Positions 13,041-25,462 are shown, numbered from the stretch's first letter. The stretch is DNA of 64,000 nt from Antechinus flavipes (GCF_016432865.1 NC_067399.1:595696001-595760000), one strand, 5' to 3'. Numbers and translations are program-made. Notes: generated by a model not told the origin, from the sequence alone.

Positions 13041-14319
13041 CACTTACCTGCCTCTAGATTCCTCCCTTTCTTCCCTTTTCCCTTCTTTCTTCTATTGAAG
13101 GTTATCCCACCCTCATTTCTTTATCCCACTCTCACTTTTATTCCTCTTTCTTTTCTTTCCTAAAATGGATTTTCCTTCACTTCCCTACAATGGTTGGCTC
13201 AAGTGCTATTTCTCACAAGAGATTCTTTCTTCTTTCTTTTTTATTCCCCTCTATCAGGCTTCACCCAAAATTTACTTTGTATTTTCTTTATATTTATTCA
13301 GAAATATACCTGTTATTCTCTGTCCTTCCCACAAAAAATTTTTATTTTTTTGAGGGCTCAGACTGTTTCATTTTTTACTTTTTATCTCTAATATCTAGCT
13401 TAGGCGTTGGCACCAACAATGGCTCAACATTTGCTTAACAAATAGCTGCTCAACAAATGCTAGACAAATTGAAATGATTCCCCAAATTCATCATCTGAGA
13501 GTGGCAAAGTCAATACTAAAATATAGATTTTCCAACTCTAAATTCAATACTTTTTCATTAGCTTAAAGTCCTAAGAGTTTCAATACCAGAACTAATATTT
13601 TTTTAACCTTTTTAAAACTCTATATCCTAAGATAGAAATGATGATTTATTTTCCAGGTTTACTTATGACCCTTCTTCCCCAAATCTGACCTGAAAACTTC
13701 TTGCAGTTACCAGTCATATCTACGTAGAAGTCCAATCGACTGTGAATGCATTTCTGGGTAACCAAGTAATATATGGCAACTGCAACCTCAGGTAACCAGG
13801 GTAAAAGGAAGTTGATTTTTGGCTACATAAATAATGCCAGAGATGAAAACCATCACTTTTTCTTTCTTATTTTACAGAATGGATCATCCCAGAAATAAAA
13901 ATAAAAACCCATTTAATGCCAAGAAACCTAATGGTAATGAAAATGGATCAAAACATGCTTTTGGATTCTACTCTCTCCAACTCATCACTGACTTAATAGG
14001 GGGCAGTATTTAGTTTCGGCACTCATATATTTGGGGAATGGGGGAAAGGGTGCGAAAGATTATTCCATTTATTCACAATGGATCACCTTGGACAAGGGGA
14101 TATAGAAACACAATGACCTTGTCCTTCCTATGTTGTAAGATAGATTATTTCTACTCCTTGCAATTTTGGAAATCTCTAGCTGATCACTTTTATCTTGAAG
14201 GTACCAGACAATAGGAATATAACCACAGGAAAATCTATAACACTCTAACCAATGAACAGTTATATGACTTGGGAAAATAAAATGAAGTTGAACTAGATGA
14301 TTTACAGTCATTCAAGAGC

Positions 14320-14560
14320 CAACTAAATGGTGCAGTCTTAAAATTCCTGAATGTGAGGTCAAGAAAACCTGAGCTCAAAGCTTGCCTCTTATACTTACCT
14401 ATGTGACACTGGGGAAGTCACTTACTCTCTTTGCATCAATTTCCTCATCTGTATAATGTGAATAATAACAGCATCTAACTCTCAGGGCTTAGGAGAGAAT
14501 AAAATGAGATATCTGTAAAGCACTTTGAAAATGCTAAATGGATATATGAATAACAGTTCT
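14320..14560 (+). mobile_element. MIR-type SINE
   Basis: tgtgacactggggaagtcacttactctct...tttcctcatctgtataatg...gtaaagcactttg. Confidence 0.75.
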
Positions 14561-17500
14561 TGTTATATAAACTTAATCTTTATAAGCTAAGGTGATTAAT
14601 ATTTAAAACACAACAGGCCTGTCCTCTTATATCTTATGAAGGAAGAAATCTCTAAGGCAATCTCCTAATGATCTATCTCCTTTAAATAAAAAGAAATTTA
14701 CCTTTTCCCTCTTCTTCACCATCCTATCCAGGGCAAAAAAGAACTAATTATTGACTGATGTGATCTAAAGCAATTTCCCCTAAAATTAACATTGTAGGAA
14801 CTTTAAACTACTTTTTCAAGAATTTGAGTATTTTTTTGAGTGAAAGAGTTAAGACACTCTAAGATCATCATCTGCCTACGTGACCCAAATAACACACAGC
14901 ATATGCAAATGCTACATAGAATGAATCTTTCCTGTTTCTTTTGTCTTAGAGCCCAGAGTAGTGAGAAATGAGTTTTGTGAGATTATGGGTGACAGGATGG
15001 GTGTGAAACATCAAGTGGGAAATCTGTCCCTGGGTAATCTTGGGGTGGGGGGAAGGCTGTGAACACTGAGAAAACATGATATAGCAAGTCACAGCCCTGT
15101 CTCTTTAGGTATGAACTTCTAGCAGCTGGAGACAAATGGCTTCCCATCCCTCCTTTGCCAGAAAAAAAGATAAAGAGATACAAGAGGACAAGATAGTGCA
15201 CATTGTAAATGGTTCACATTTGATTCACCACAAAACCCGAGACGATCTGAGCTTCTGACAACTGCTGAGATAGTACCACAGGGCCACATATCAAAGAGTA
15301 TCAGCCAGTATGGCGGCACCCTTAACAGAACAGCTCCGCCAACAGAAGGATGCTTCCTACCACCTGTTGCAATCACAGGAGAAGGGAAGGGCTTTAGATG
15401 TCACTGACCTGCCTCCCTCTCTCCCTTTCTCTCTCTCTTTCTGCACTGACCTGATGAACACACTACATAAGGGAGTCAAGCAGGTTTGCAACAGGAGCCT
15501 CAGTAACAGCCAGCATGGCAGATAGGTGGCCTTTAAAAGCAGCCATTCAGTGCTCTGATTGCATTTCTAAAGATACCCTTGTAATCCTTTGAAATAAAAA
15601 CTGCTTAAATGAACTGGAAAATGTTTTACTTGTATTTCCTCATATCCCTGAACCTTTTCTTCCATGGTTCAAAAGTCTGCATTGTCTAATTGCTGATTTC
15701 CATTTGTGAATGAATCAGTGTAAAATAAAATTAACTGCCAAATTAATCTACCCATCTAGTTTTAAGCATTAATTATCTTCTGAACTGTTTTCTCTTGTGT
15801 TTGCTGCATGTTCAGACAAGTAGAGATTTGGTGATACATACATCTCGTTTTCTGCCCAATAGTTCTTTTCATCATTTGTCTTAGCTTGTGAAATTGCATA
15901 GGCTAGTAAAGAATATACTGGATTCCCAAGCGCCCACAGTTCACAGAGTATAAGGGATGAATCTAGGATGAAATTGCATGCCTTTTAAAGGCGTGTTAAC
16001 ACTTTGAGGCCATTAGGTCACTGAAGGAGTAATTTAACTAAGAGGTCTTCTGAAGTGGTTCCCTAATAACTTCAAACTACAGCTCTTACAAAAGAAAAAC
16101 ACAATTTCTCAAAACATTTCTCTAAGTGTTTCAGGCTGCTGTTGTGGCAAAAGATCCAATAGTCTTAAGAAAACCTGTTTCTCCTGGTTTTGACATTAAC
16201 ACACAGTAGGATCAAAGGGACATAAGCCTCTTTGTCATTTTTCAAACCAGATACTCCATTTCTAAGTTCTGGACATTTTCTCTGGAAATCCCCTAGAGTG
16301 TTTTCCCTCCTTATCTTTTCCTAATGATTTCCTTTTAATCCAATCTGAAATCCCTTTCCTAATTCTAATTTTAGTTCCCTTTTCCTTATAATTATTTCCT
16401 ACTTATCCCACAAATAACGTGTTTGTTCATAATTGTTTGCTTCTTTCTTCCCATTAGACTAAAAGCTCCTTGAGGGCAGGACAATATTTTTTGTCTCTAT
16501 ATATCCCCAGAGGTTGGCACATAATAGGAGCTTGTTATCTGTTTATTGATTGCTGACCAGGACAAGTCACTTTTCCCTCTCTCTGCCCTCTTTTCCCACC
16601 CCCAGCTGTATTCTATAAAATGGGAAGAGGGTGAACAAAAAAATTCAGTTCAGCAAGCATTTAAAAACTGTTTACTGACATATGTGTGTGTGTGTGTGTG
16701 TATCTATCTATATCTATAGATATATATGTGACATCTCTAAGGGTTTTTTTTGGCTCTGATACTTGGATGATCTATATCACAGTGAAAAAGAGGCCTGGAG
16801 GGGGTAGATGCCATTTTAAAATTTTCATGAGAAGAAAAATGCATCAGGAGTAAGGTAGCATTCTTTAATTAGAACCCAATTCTGACATCCTATGAAAATG
16901 GAATCATGGAAAGTGAAATAATGACAGAAGGGAAACCTTGCTTTAGGGTTAAACTAAGAGCCTTTTAAATTCTATCCCAGCCCTTCTCTTAAGACTATGC
17001 AGCTTGCTTTTCCTTCAAACATCTCAAAGCAGAAAGGCTTCTTTATTATCTTTACAACTCTCCAAGAGAACTGGAACTCAAAACCAAAAGCTAGCGAGTT
17101 GCTAGCTGCTTCTCATCTGTTTGGTTATGCAAGGCAGAAAAGGCAAGTTTTGCTGTGAGTCTCTGTCAGCTCACAAGGGAAAAGAAGTCTGCATGTTAAC
17201 AGAGAGAAAAGCAGGAAAGACAGGGAAAGTTATAAGAAGAGCTTTGATAGTAACTCGTGGGGAGCGCAGGATAGAACATTTGAAACTCCAAGCTTTCTAA
17301 GAATATAGTTTTTTGCAGTGATTTCCTCCCTCATCATCTTTTTGCCTTCGAGATATTAAAAAAAAAAGCTTTAAATCATCCTGGCAGTGTCTCTGAGAGA
17401 TGTGAGACTGAGAAGGGATGTAACGGGAAACCAGCAAACATACAGGCTCCAGCTAAGGCCAGCTGTTACTCTGGGCAGTCGTAATAGCAGCCGTCTCCCC

Positions 17501-19057
17501 AAGATGGATTGAGAAGTGATGGAATAAAAAGCATAAAATTAAGGAAGAAATTAATGAAACCCAGAGAAAGAAAACACCATTAACGAATCTAGCGGCTTCG
17601 GTTACATTTTACAGCAGCTGACAAAGAGGGGCTAATCATAAGTAATAAGTCCAAGCTTCTTCAGATAAGGATGGTAGAGGCTAAACTACAGGACAATGGG
17701 GGCCGCGCCAAGAGGCGGTCCCTAATTCACCTTCCCAGGAAATCATTGAGACAGGGTGTAAAAGCCATCAATCAAAGAGAGACAAATTAACTTAGTAGGC
17801 TGCTAACGGGCTTTGAAGATGGAGAAAGATTTCCTATTGAACTCAGTTTTCTGTATCAGTGCCAAAAATCTGAGCAAGGCCACCAGCCCATTCCCTGAAC
17901 TACCAATCACAAGACATTAGCCGTGGATGACAGTACATAAAAATCACATTTTAAGGACCACTGTGAAGACTATCCAACAATCTGCGAAAATGAAACAATG
18001 ATATTGTCTGTCCTTAGGAGAAAAAATGAGATTATTGAGCCCAATCATAAAGGATATGTTTCAAAGTGCCTACTCAAATAGAGGGGATATGTTGCCATCC
18101 AGGTACTCAATCCCCCCTCCCCAAGGTCCACGTGCATGAGATGGCCAGTTTAAGTCCAATATTTTGTCCAAAATAGAACAGATCGCAGACTCAGCTCAAA
18201 CATGTAACGTTCTTCTCTTTAGAATTCTTCTCCAGCTCACTAAGGCTCAGCAGCCAGAGCTAAATTCCTCTCACTGAGAGTCTCTCATGAATGTGAACCT
18301 AGAAAACCAAAGTGGTCTTTGTTGTTCAGGAGTGCTCAAAGTGATGTTTTAAACAATGGCTGCTTTATAGATACCTCCCAAGTTTCTTTCTTATCCTGAA
18401 ATCCAGGCATTCAAACCTCATCCCTTCAAAACTTTCAGAACCAGATCCAGTGCTAAAATTGAAATGAGGAAAACAAGGTGGTATTTCATACAGAGAGATA
18501 TCCCCCAATTTTATAAGATCTTATAATCAAATTTTTGTCTTGTCTCATCTGACAGCCTCACAAAATTTCTCCCATCAAAAGTTACTATTCTTAAAATTGC
18601 ATTAGATTATAAGCTCCTTGGAGGGAAAAGCTGTCTTTTGCTTCCTTTTCTGTATTCCCAGTGCTCAGCATAGTGCCCAACACATAATAATCAAATTGAA
18701 AAAAGAATTATGAAGTGCCAAATATGGATAAACACTTCCTATTGGACATCCTTAGTGAAGCTAATCCCCAAAGGCTGCCTCATCCCAGTTCACACAAACC
18801 ATCATAAAGTTTCATCATTATGATGCATTTTGGGCAAAGAAGGGAAAGGAGACTTTCATCAATAGGATCAAGTCATCAGGTCTGGTATTTGAAGAAAGAA
18901 GCCTGCTCTCTTATTCTACGGTTTAATAAGAGGAGAAATGAATTTACTATTTTGAAGAGCAAACTCATTTTAGGGAAAATCTTTGGGCATAGCAAGTAAA
19001 ATGATCCTGCCAGATTATTAGGATCATAAGCACAAATGTATTGATAATGTTTTATGT

Positions 19058-19059
<2 letters not shown>

Positions 19060-19094
<35 letters not shown>
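19060..19094. repeat. (TA)n microsatellite
   Basis: Perfect TA run. A shorter one lies at 8184-8208. Confidence 0.95.
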
Positions 19095-19097
<3 letters not shown>

Positions 19098-19320
19098 AGT
19101 ATAATTACTATAACATCATGGAACCTTTAGGTTTTACATCTATCAGAAGAATGTATAAGGCAAACCTAATTACTCTTGCCATTTATCAAGGGGAGAGGAG
19201 GAATACCTGTTCCTTTAACACTGAATAACAAAATGCTATCAGGTAAGTGGATTTTAGCCAATTGTAGAAAGCCCATGATAGTCCCATGTGGTTGCCAGAT
19301 TTAAAACTAGAGAATAAGTT

Positions 19321-19475
19321 ACAGTCTTCTTAACTTTTTCTGTTTTGGGCTCCCTGGACAATGCGCTTTGGCACCCTTGTTATGACAACAGATTTTAAAG
19401 AAAACTAAGCGTATTGAAACACTATTATTAATTAAAAAAAAAAAACCAAGAAAACATTTTGCAGACCCCTGCCCT
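19321..19475. mobile_element. Short hAT-Charlie MITE remnant (Charlie4z-like)
   Basis: cagtcttcttaactttttctgt...aaagaaaactaagcgtattgaaacac...gcagacccctg. Appears to be the same family as ~39105-39295 in the opposite orientation. Confidence 0.4.
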
Positions 19476-20519
19476 AGCATGAGGAACCATGATGTAAAGG
19501 AATGAGGAGGTCTAGACTCAGAGAACCTGGAATAAATAGAGGTCAAAGGGCTTACAAGAACATAGCACTGGTAGGAGATTAATTGTCATTAACTAGATTA
19601 TTAAGGGCAAAAAGGACACCAAGATTTGGCCTGTAGAATCTGCTTCAGGAAAAATCAAACCTGAGGTGAGGAGAGAGAATGAACTTATTTTCATAGAGCA
19701 GGGGTATAGTTTTAGGACTTTAGGAAGTCACTTTGGGATAAGGGAATGCAGTCAGGATAGACTTCCCAGACTATAGCAAGTAGGGTACAGGTAAAAAACA
19801 GTCAGACAACAGATTTACTAGAGAGGATGGGAAAAAATCAGAACTTACTCCTCCCTTTCCTTGTCCTAAGGAATGGAGAAGGAAATTACAGAGTCTTATA
19901 GAAATAAAATCTGACTAACCAATCCCACAGTAATAGAACTAGAACTGATTTAATATTAAGATTCAAAGCAAGGTCTTTTCAGGCAGCAGGAAGCTAAGTA
20001 GAGAAGATTAAGTGTCCTGAAGCTCATGCTGGAGAATAGGACTAAGACTCTTTGGAGATTGCAAAACCATTAACTTTGTCCTATAACTGATGTCCTCCTC
20101 CCTTCATTGAAGGTTCCCCTATAGTGCTTCATATAAATTACTTGTAATAACCCAAGAAGTTGCCTGTTAATACCAGGGAGCAAGGGCAGAGGTCCTGAAA
20201 GGAGTCCAGAAGACCTAGAAAGCTAGTTATACTGGTGGTAGCTAGAAAACTGATGAGTTAAGCAAACCCAAATCTAAACTCCAGGATAGAAAAAAAAAGA
20301 ACTGTATTTAGGGGGTACAAAAATGGACTTGTACCAGAGATACAATCTTCCAGGATGCAGAAAATTGCAAGTTTATGGCACTTCACAGCATAGGTAAGGC
20401 AAAGATACTCACAAAAGACTACCCTAGTTCTTCAAAAAAATAACCTAAGTGAATCTGGGCTTCCAAATCCTGGCTGGCAGCCTCAGCAAAGGTATATACA
20501 GGGGTTAGGGAGCTTCCCC

Positions 20520-20995
20520 TGAACTCTGATGTTTAAAGACCTCCAGAACCAGACTCCAATTTATTTGTCTAGCTTTTTAAATCCCCCTCGCACACGTTAG
20601 AGTGCAGCCAAACTGGATTTCTGGGAACCATATTTCAGCTCCTGTCTCTGTATTTGCATAGGCTGTCCCCTAAGCACTGAATGCACTCTCTTAGTCTCTG
20701 CCTCTTGTAATTTCTTTTAGAACTCAGTTCAAAAATTACTGGCATTCTCCCTACAATCTCAGTTCCCATTACTATATCAAATAAGATGACATGTATAAAG
20801 CCTTTTGCAAACCTTAAAATGCTACCTAAGTACTAGCTGTTACCATTGTTATCATTAAGTATTTATTCTGCATATAATTGTACATATGTTGCTTTTCCTA
20901 ATAGAATTTAAGTTCTTGGAGGCAGAGACTGATTCTTTTTGGTCTCAGCACCTCACACAAGTACCTGCCACATGTAATAAATGGGTATTGATTAA
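20520..20995 (+). mobile_element. L2 3' fragment (with a MIR piece near 20780-20860)
   Basis: tgtatttgcataggctgtcccc...taagttcttggaggcagagactg...cctgccacatgtaataaatg. Confidence 0.6.
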
Positions 20996-21439
20996 TTTTG
21001 CTATGCCTTACATTAAGCATGGCTCTAATATTCCCAAACCCATCCCACTTCGTCCTTATCTTATTATCAAAGGAGTGAGTATGACTCCATTTGAGGGATT
21101 TGGTACTTGTGACACTCAAGACTTTTGTCAGAGTAGTAGAAAGAGCTAGCCAAGTAGATTTGGGATCTAAGGCTCTTCAGAGAACTATTACAATAGGTTG
21201 TCTATTTAATCACCCTCATATAACTTTCTAATGCTTTCCTGACCCCACTACCTGCAGATATTTCACTGCCTTTCTGGTTCCTGCCTCTCATTGATTGGCC
21301 AACAAGGGGTGCCAGTCCAAGCTTCATTGGGTTATTGTGTGGGTTTTGATGTTTCAGAGTGAATATAAACAGCAATTATTTCTGGTTTGGCCCAAAACCT
21401 TGAGGGTCCTTCTCTCAGATTGATTTTTTTACTAGGTAA

Positions 21440-21740
21440 AAGAGGACATTCTTTGCTCTATTTTTCACCTATCCTGAATCACTGGTTGGATTTTGGCTCA
21501 GTAAAATGGAGACATGGGAAAGACTTTATTTTTAAAAAGTCATGGTCTCCCACTCCCATCAGGGGCCATTTTCAGTTGTCCTGATCTATACTTTACCACT
21601 GGATGGCTTTGGAGGAGAGAGTGTGGGTGATGACTTTGCACAGCCCTGCCTCATTTAAATCCAGTTCACTTTCAAGTCATACCATTTCCTTCCTGATATC
21701 ATGGACCTCTTTTGAGAATGAACAATCCAAACAACAACCC
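21440..21740 (-). mobile_element. MdoRep1-like marsupial repeat
   Basis: gactttgcacagccctgcctcatttaaatccagttcact...atcatggacctcttttgagaatgaacaatccaaacaacaac is the reverse complement of the family also seen at 8360. Confidence 0.6.
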
Positions 21741-23490
21741 CAATAACCAGAGTAGTGAAGTCCTTCTAATTACTATCTGTAATTCATTGGTTGGTGTTAA
21801 CCAAGAGCCTATGCTTCCACTGGCTACTCAGGGTGAGACTCCATGATTTTTCATACCAAGGCTAATATAACATTCCCATAAACAGATCCTGCTGACATAT
21901 TTACTTGGACTTCAGAAAGTGGAGTAAGCTTCTTGCTTATATAGCTGTCCTTTGCCCAAGCCAATAACTAAAGTCTTGCTATTTTTTAAAAAAATTTATC
22001 TTCCTATTACACACTTGCCTCTATTTTTTTTTAAAAAGATGAAATGTAATCGTAAACAATGTGAATTTTGAAGTGACTAAAGTGTGTACAAACTTTATTT
22101 AATTAATAAAGCTCATTAGAGCTAGTTAAGAAAAGAATAATGTAGCCAATGTCTAGAAATCACACTGTAGGAAAACCTCCTTGAATGAGAAATGCAATTC
22201 ACTCTCAATTTAGCAGAATTTTTCCATACTCTGGTTTTAGAATAAAGCTACAAATTGTAATAAAATCTCATATTAGCTTTAGTATTCTCTTTCATTATAT
22301 TAACATTCTTTCATTATATTAATATTTGGGGGTCAAGTACTCTTTTTGCCTAATCATCTCTACCTTCAATGTCTAACATTTATACAATGAGCCACTATGT
22401 TTAGAATAGTCACCAATGCAACAAAAATTCAATCACCAAAGAAAGCTTTGACTCTATTAATTCTTCCCACTATGACCAAAAATAATAATATTTTAGAGGG
22501 ATTTTTCAAAGAGAATTAAAATGCAAAGGGATTTCTGATTAATGGGCTTGCTTGAAAATTCAATTAACCAGAGATAATAAGATTTCAGAGTTCATTTAAA
22601 TCACCATCACCACCCAATAACACCTCATTTTACATATAGACCAAAATATACTGAAGGAAAGGGGATTGAAGAAAAAAGATCCTTGGTTTCTTACCATGTT
22701 GGTGATCAGAGAAACCGATTCTTGAGGCCCTTGAGAAATTATAACTGGCATAAATCACACATGATTTGAACCCAGGCTTTTTTGACACTAACTCCTAGGT
22801 TCATTCCACTATACTATGATTCATAAAGTTGAAAGGGATTGCAAAAAATTGTCTGATTAGCCTCTCTACTCCAACTTGAGCTAGATGATCTTTATTCTGA
22901 GAGAGAAAATTGTCTATTCTCTAGATATGAAGATACTATGGTTTTCCTTTGTAGTTTGCTATAATATTTATCACCCAAAAGGTTGGGGAAGGAACAGGAC
23001 ACAAGATATGAGCAAAAATTTCTTCCTTAAGTCAGTCAAAAACTCTCTTGCTTTTGATTTATTAGCTTGATACCACTGGTAAACATTCAACGCCCAAAAT
23101 ATTTTCTTTAGCATCAGTGAAGAAGTTCAAAAAATACTTTTACCTTCTCCATTCTCCAGTTAACAAGATATTCTAATGAAAACCAACAATTACAGGGAAG
23201 CTCAGGGGGAAAAAAAACATTTTCTCCCAATTTTGCTCATGAAGCTATTCTTTCTATTTATCTTGGTGCTTCAGAAATTCTCAACATGCGAGCACAAAGG
23301 ACTTTTGGAGAAACACATGCTAGAACCAGAAATTGGTTTTTGCTATTCTACTGGGTAGCAAGTTGTGTTTGGGGTTTCTTTCTTCCCTCTACTGTCCTAT
23401 AACGGGTAGAAATACTGAAAACTGAGCTTCCACCATGTGAGTAATTTTGAAGGTTTTCTGGGCCACCTCATTAATCACCCCACTTTAAGT

Positions 23491-23501
23491 TCTCTTACCT
23501 G
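23491..23501 (-). promoter_or_regulatory. 5' splice donor of the GFRA1 exon
   Basis: Minus strand reads TGCAG|GTAAGAGA; the GT is at 23498-23497. Confidence 0.93.
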
Positions 23502-23835
23502 CAGATGTAATTCGTCTTGCAGGATTCCTGCAAATTCAAACAGTTTGGCTTCTCCTTTTCCTCATAAGAGCAGAGGGGCACAATGGTCTGCCTTCTTCTC
23601 TCAGTGCAGGCTATGTCTTGACATGAGCAGAAGAGCATCCCATAGCTGTGCTTTGGGGGAACCTTGTCAAAAAACTGCCGAAGAGCCTTATGACACTTCC
23701 TCCTGTTGCAGACTTCATTGGTCAGGCTGGTGGTGCAAGGGGTGATGTACGCCGATCGATACTTCTTGCATGTGTCATTGAGGTTGCAGGCTTTGGCAGC
23801 ATCCAGACAATTGTTCCCCTTTGAAATAGTCTCCA
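23499..23835 (-). CDS. GFRA1: Internal coding exon of GDNF family receptor alpha-1 (D2 cysteine-rich domain; equivalent to human exon 6)
   Basis: Translates (V)ETISKGNNCLDAAKACNLNDTCKKYRSAYITPCTTSLTNEVCNRRKCHKALRQFFDKVPPKHSYGMLFCSCQDIACTERRRQTIVPLCSYEEKEKPNCLNLQESCKTNYICR. This matches the GFRA1 D2 sequence as I recall it (KYRSAYITPC, KHSYGMLFCSC, KTNYICR; GFRA2 has KLRSSYISIC and EYTYRMLFCSC). Bounded by a pyrimidine tract plus AG (cctttcttctttttccag|TGGAG) and CAG|GTAAGA. Length 337 = 2+111x3+2 nt, with no stop in frame. Confidence 0.97.
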
Positions 23836-23875
23836 CTGGAAAAAGAAGAAAGGAAATAAAGGGGGAAAATTGGCA
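23836..23875 (-). promoter_or_regulatory. 3' splice acceptor and polypyrimidine tract of the GFRA1 exon
   Basis: Minus strand reads ccaattttccccctttatttcctttcttctttttccag|TGGAGACT; the AG is at 23837-23836. Confidence 0.93.
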
Positions 23876-24998
23876 TGAGTGTACTCCGGATTTTCGGTTT
23901 ATGCTCACTTCATTTTAATTGGGATCTTGCCCTGCCTTTAGAAATGCCTGAAACTTATATCAACCCTTTTTTTTTCCCATTAGGCTAATAACTTAATAAC
24001 AAAAAGGAAGTGTTATGAATATGAACACTGGCGACAGCCAAGGGTGATTTACCTTGCTGGACTGGACTGAAAGACTTTGAAATTGCAATGGAGCCCAGAC
24101 ATGTTGGGCCAGTGTACCCCAGCCTTTTGTACTCTGCCGCCCCCAAACAAAAGAAACTTAGGATCCTATCAACAGAACTAGAGTTAGAATCTAACCAAAG
24201 AGAGGGAGGAGAGTAGGAGAAGTTGCCAACTACTGGTTTGTAAACTGAAACTGTGATAAAAATCAAAAGCAACAAATTATACACTTGTTCATTATACAGT
24301 ATATAAAATGATATGCTGAATGAGAGTATAATTGCCATGCAATCTTCCAGAAATGTAATTATGTAATAAATGCATATAGTACATGCTAATTACTATATGA
24401 TTACAGAGTAATTACATGGTTATATGAGCCCAGAAGACACAATATTATGCTAGGATTTCTCTCTACACATGACAAAACGCCTCCTATAAAACTGCTACAT
24501 TGTTCTAAGTCATAGGACACTGAAATAAGGCAGTAATAAGTTATATGAAAGTTTACAAAAAATTGTCACGACTATGGGATGCATATATACACACATACCT
24601 ATAAACAGAATTTGCATAGGTAGTTTCAGAACAAGATGTCTATCTCCAGACTTAACTGGCTTCCTTCAAATCCCAGCTACAACTATATCTTCTAAAAACA
24701 CATTTCATGATCCTGCTTTATGCTGGTACCTTCCCTGGAATGATTACTTCCAATTTATTCGGTAAATATTTTGTTTCTACAAATTAAAAACATGTTTGTA
24801 CAACATTAAAAATAAAATAGATTGAATATGTGAATTACTTTCATGTTATCTCAGATTGTGAGCTCTTTGAGATTATGAATTACACAGAGACTAATTATTG
24901 TCTTTCTTTGTATTCCCAGAATTTACCAATGCCTGGCAAATAACAGATACTTAATAAATAAATTCTTACTGACTGACTGAACAAGAACTGTGTAGGTT

Positions 24999-25137
24999 GG
25001 GGCAGCTAGGTAGCACAGTGGATAGAACACTAGCCCTGAATTCAGGAATTCAAATCTGGTCTCACTAGCCTAGCTGTGTGACCCTGGGCGAGTCACTTAA
25101 CCCCAACTGCCTCAGCCAAAAATAAATAAATAAATAA
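24999..25137 (+). mobile_element. Full-length WSINE1-like SINE with target-site duplication
   Basis: ggggcagctaggtagcacagtggatagaacac...gtgtgaccctgggcgagtcacttaaccccaactgcctc plus an (AAAT)n tail. Flanks are aagaactgtgtaggtt (24983-24998) and aagtactgtgtaggtt (25138-25153), 15/16 identical. Confidence 0.9.
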
Positions 25138-25260
25138 AAGTACTGTGTAGGTTTTACAGAGTTACTGGTATATGACAAGCACAAAATAAATACTATTAAT
25201 TTATTATTTAATTAATTTATTAAATACAAACTTTCACTGTATAAGACTTAGTGACTACAG

Positions 25261-25462
25261 CAATGGTCCTCAAACTTTTGTTCTCAATATCTTTATCCTA
25301 TTAAAAATGATTGAGGATCTGTCCAAAGAGTTTTTGTTTATGTGGTTTATAGTTATAGATAATGATCTCATTAAAAATAAAAACTAATTATGAATTTGTA
25401 GACTCTCTGAAAAGATTTCAGAGATTCCCAGGACGCTCTGGACCAGACTTTGAGAACCACTG
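25261..25462 (-). mobile_element. Charlie1-derived hAT MITE (internal deletion derivative, 202 bp)
   Basis: TIRs caatggtcctcaaa / tttgagaaccactg. 8-bp TSD gactacag (25253-25260) vs gcctacag (25463-25470). The interior matches both recalled Charlie1 ends. Confidence 0.85.

Larger units (their letters stand above)
1..23498 (-). other. GFRA1: GFRA1 intron downstream of the D2 exon (continues beyond the window)
   Basis: I could not find the next expected exon (SRLADFFTNCQPES...) by eye or in the ORF track. The sequence is repeat-rich and non-coding. Confidence 0.75.

Noticed and set aside
13993-14010. CTCF-like tagggggcagta (similar partial matches near 10790 and 54602)
   Set aside because: Each misses conserved positions in the 5' half of the CTCF core, so none is supportable without ChIP data.
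19365-19382. ttggcacccttgtt, matching a stretch of LF-SINE as recalled
   Set aside because: Only 14 bp; the context fits a hAT MITE remnant instead.
23836-23908. N-terminal extension MSINRKSGVHSCQFSPFISFLLFP of the GFRA1 ORF in the track
   Set aside because: It starts at GTG, runs through the polypyrimidine tract, and has an in-frame TAA three codons upstream with no ATG. It is intron read-through by the ORF finder.
23437-23918. Two plus-strand ORFs (102 aa and 70 aa) overlapping the exon
   Set aside because: Antisense shadows of the GC-richer coding exon, with no recognisable domain.
23985-24338. 117-aa minus-strand ORF with a hydrophobic N-terminus
   Set aside because: Hydrophobicity comes from T-rich intron sequence and there is no family similarity. 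Only the embedded microexon candidate is retained.
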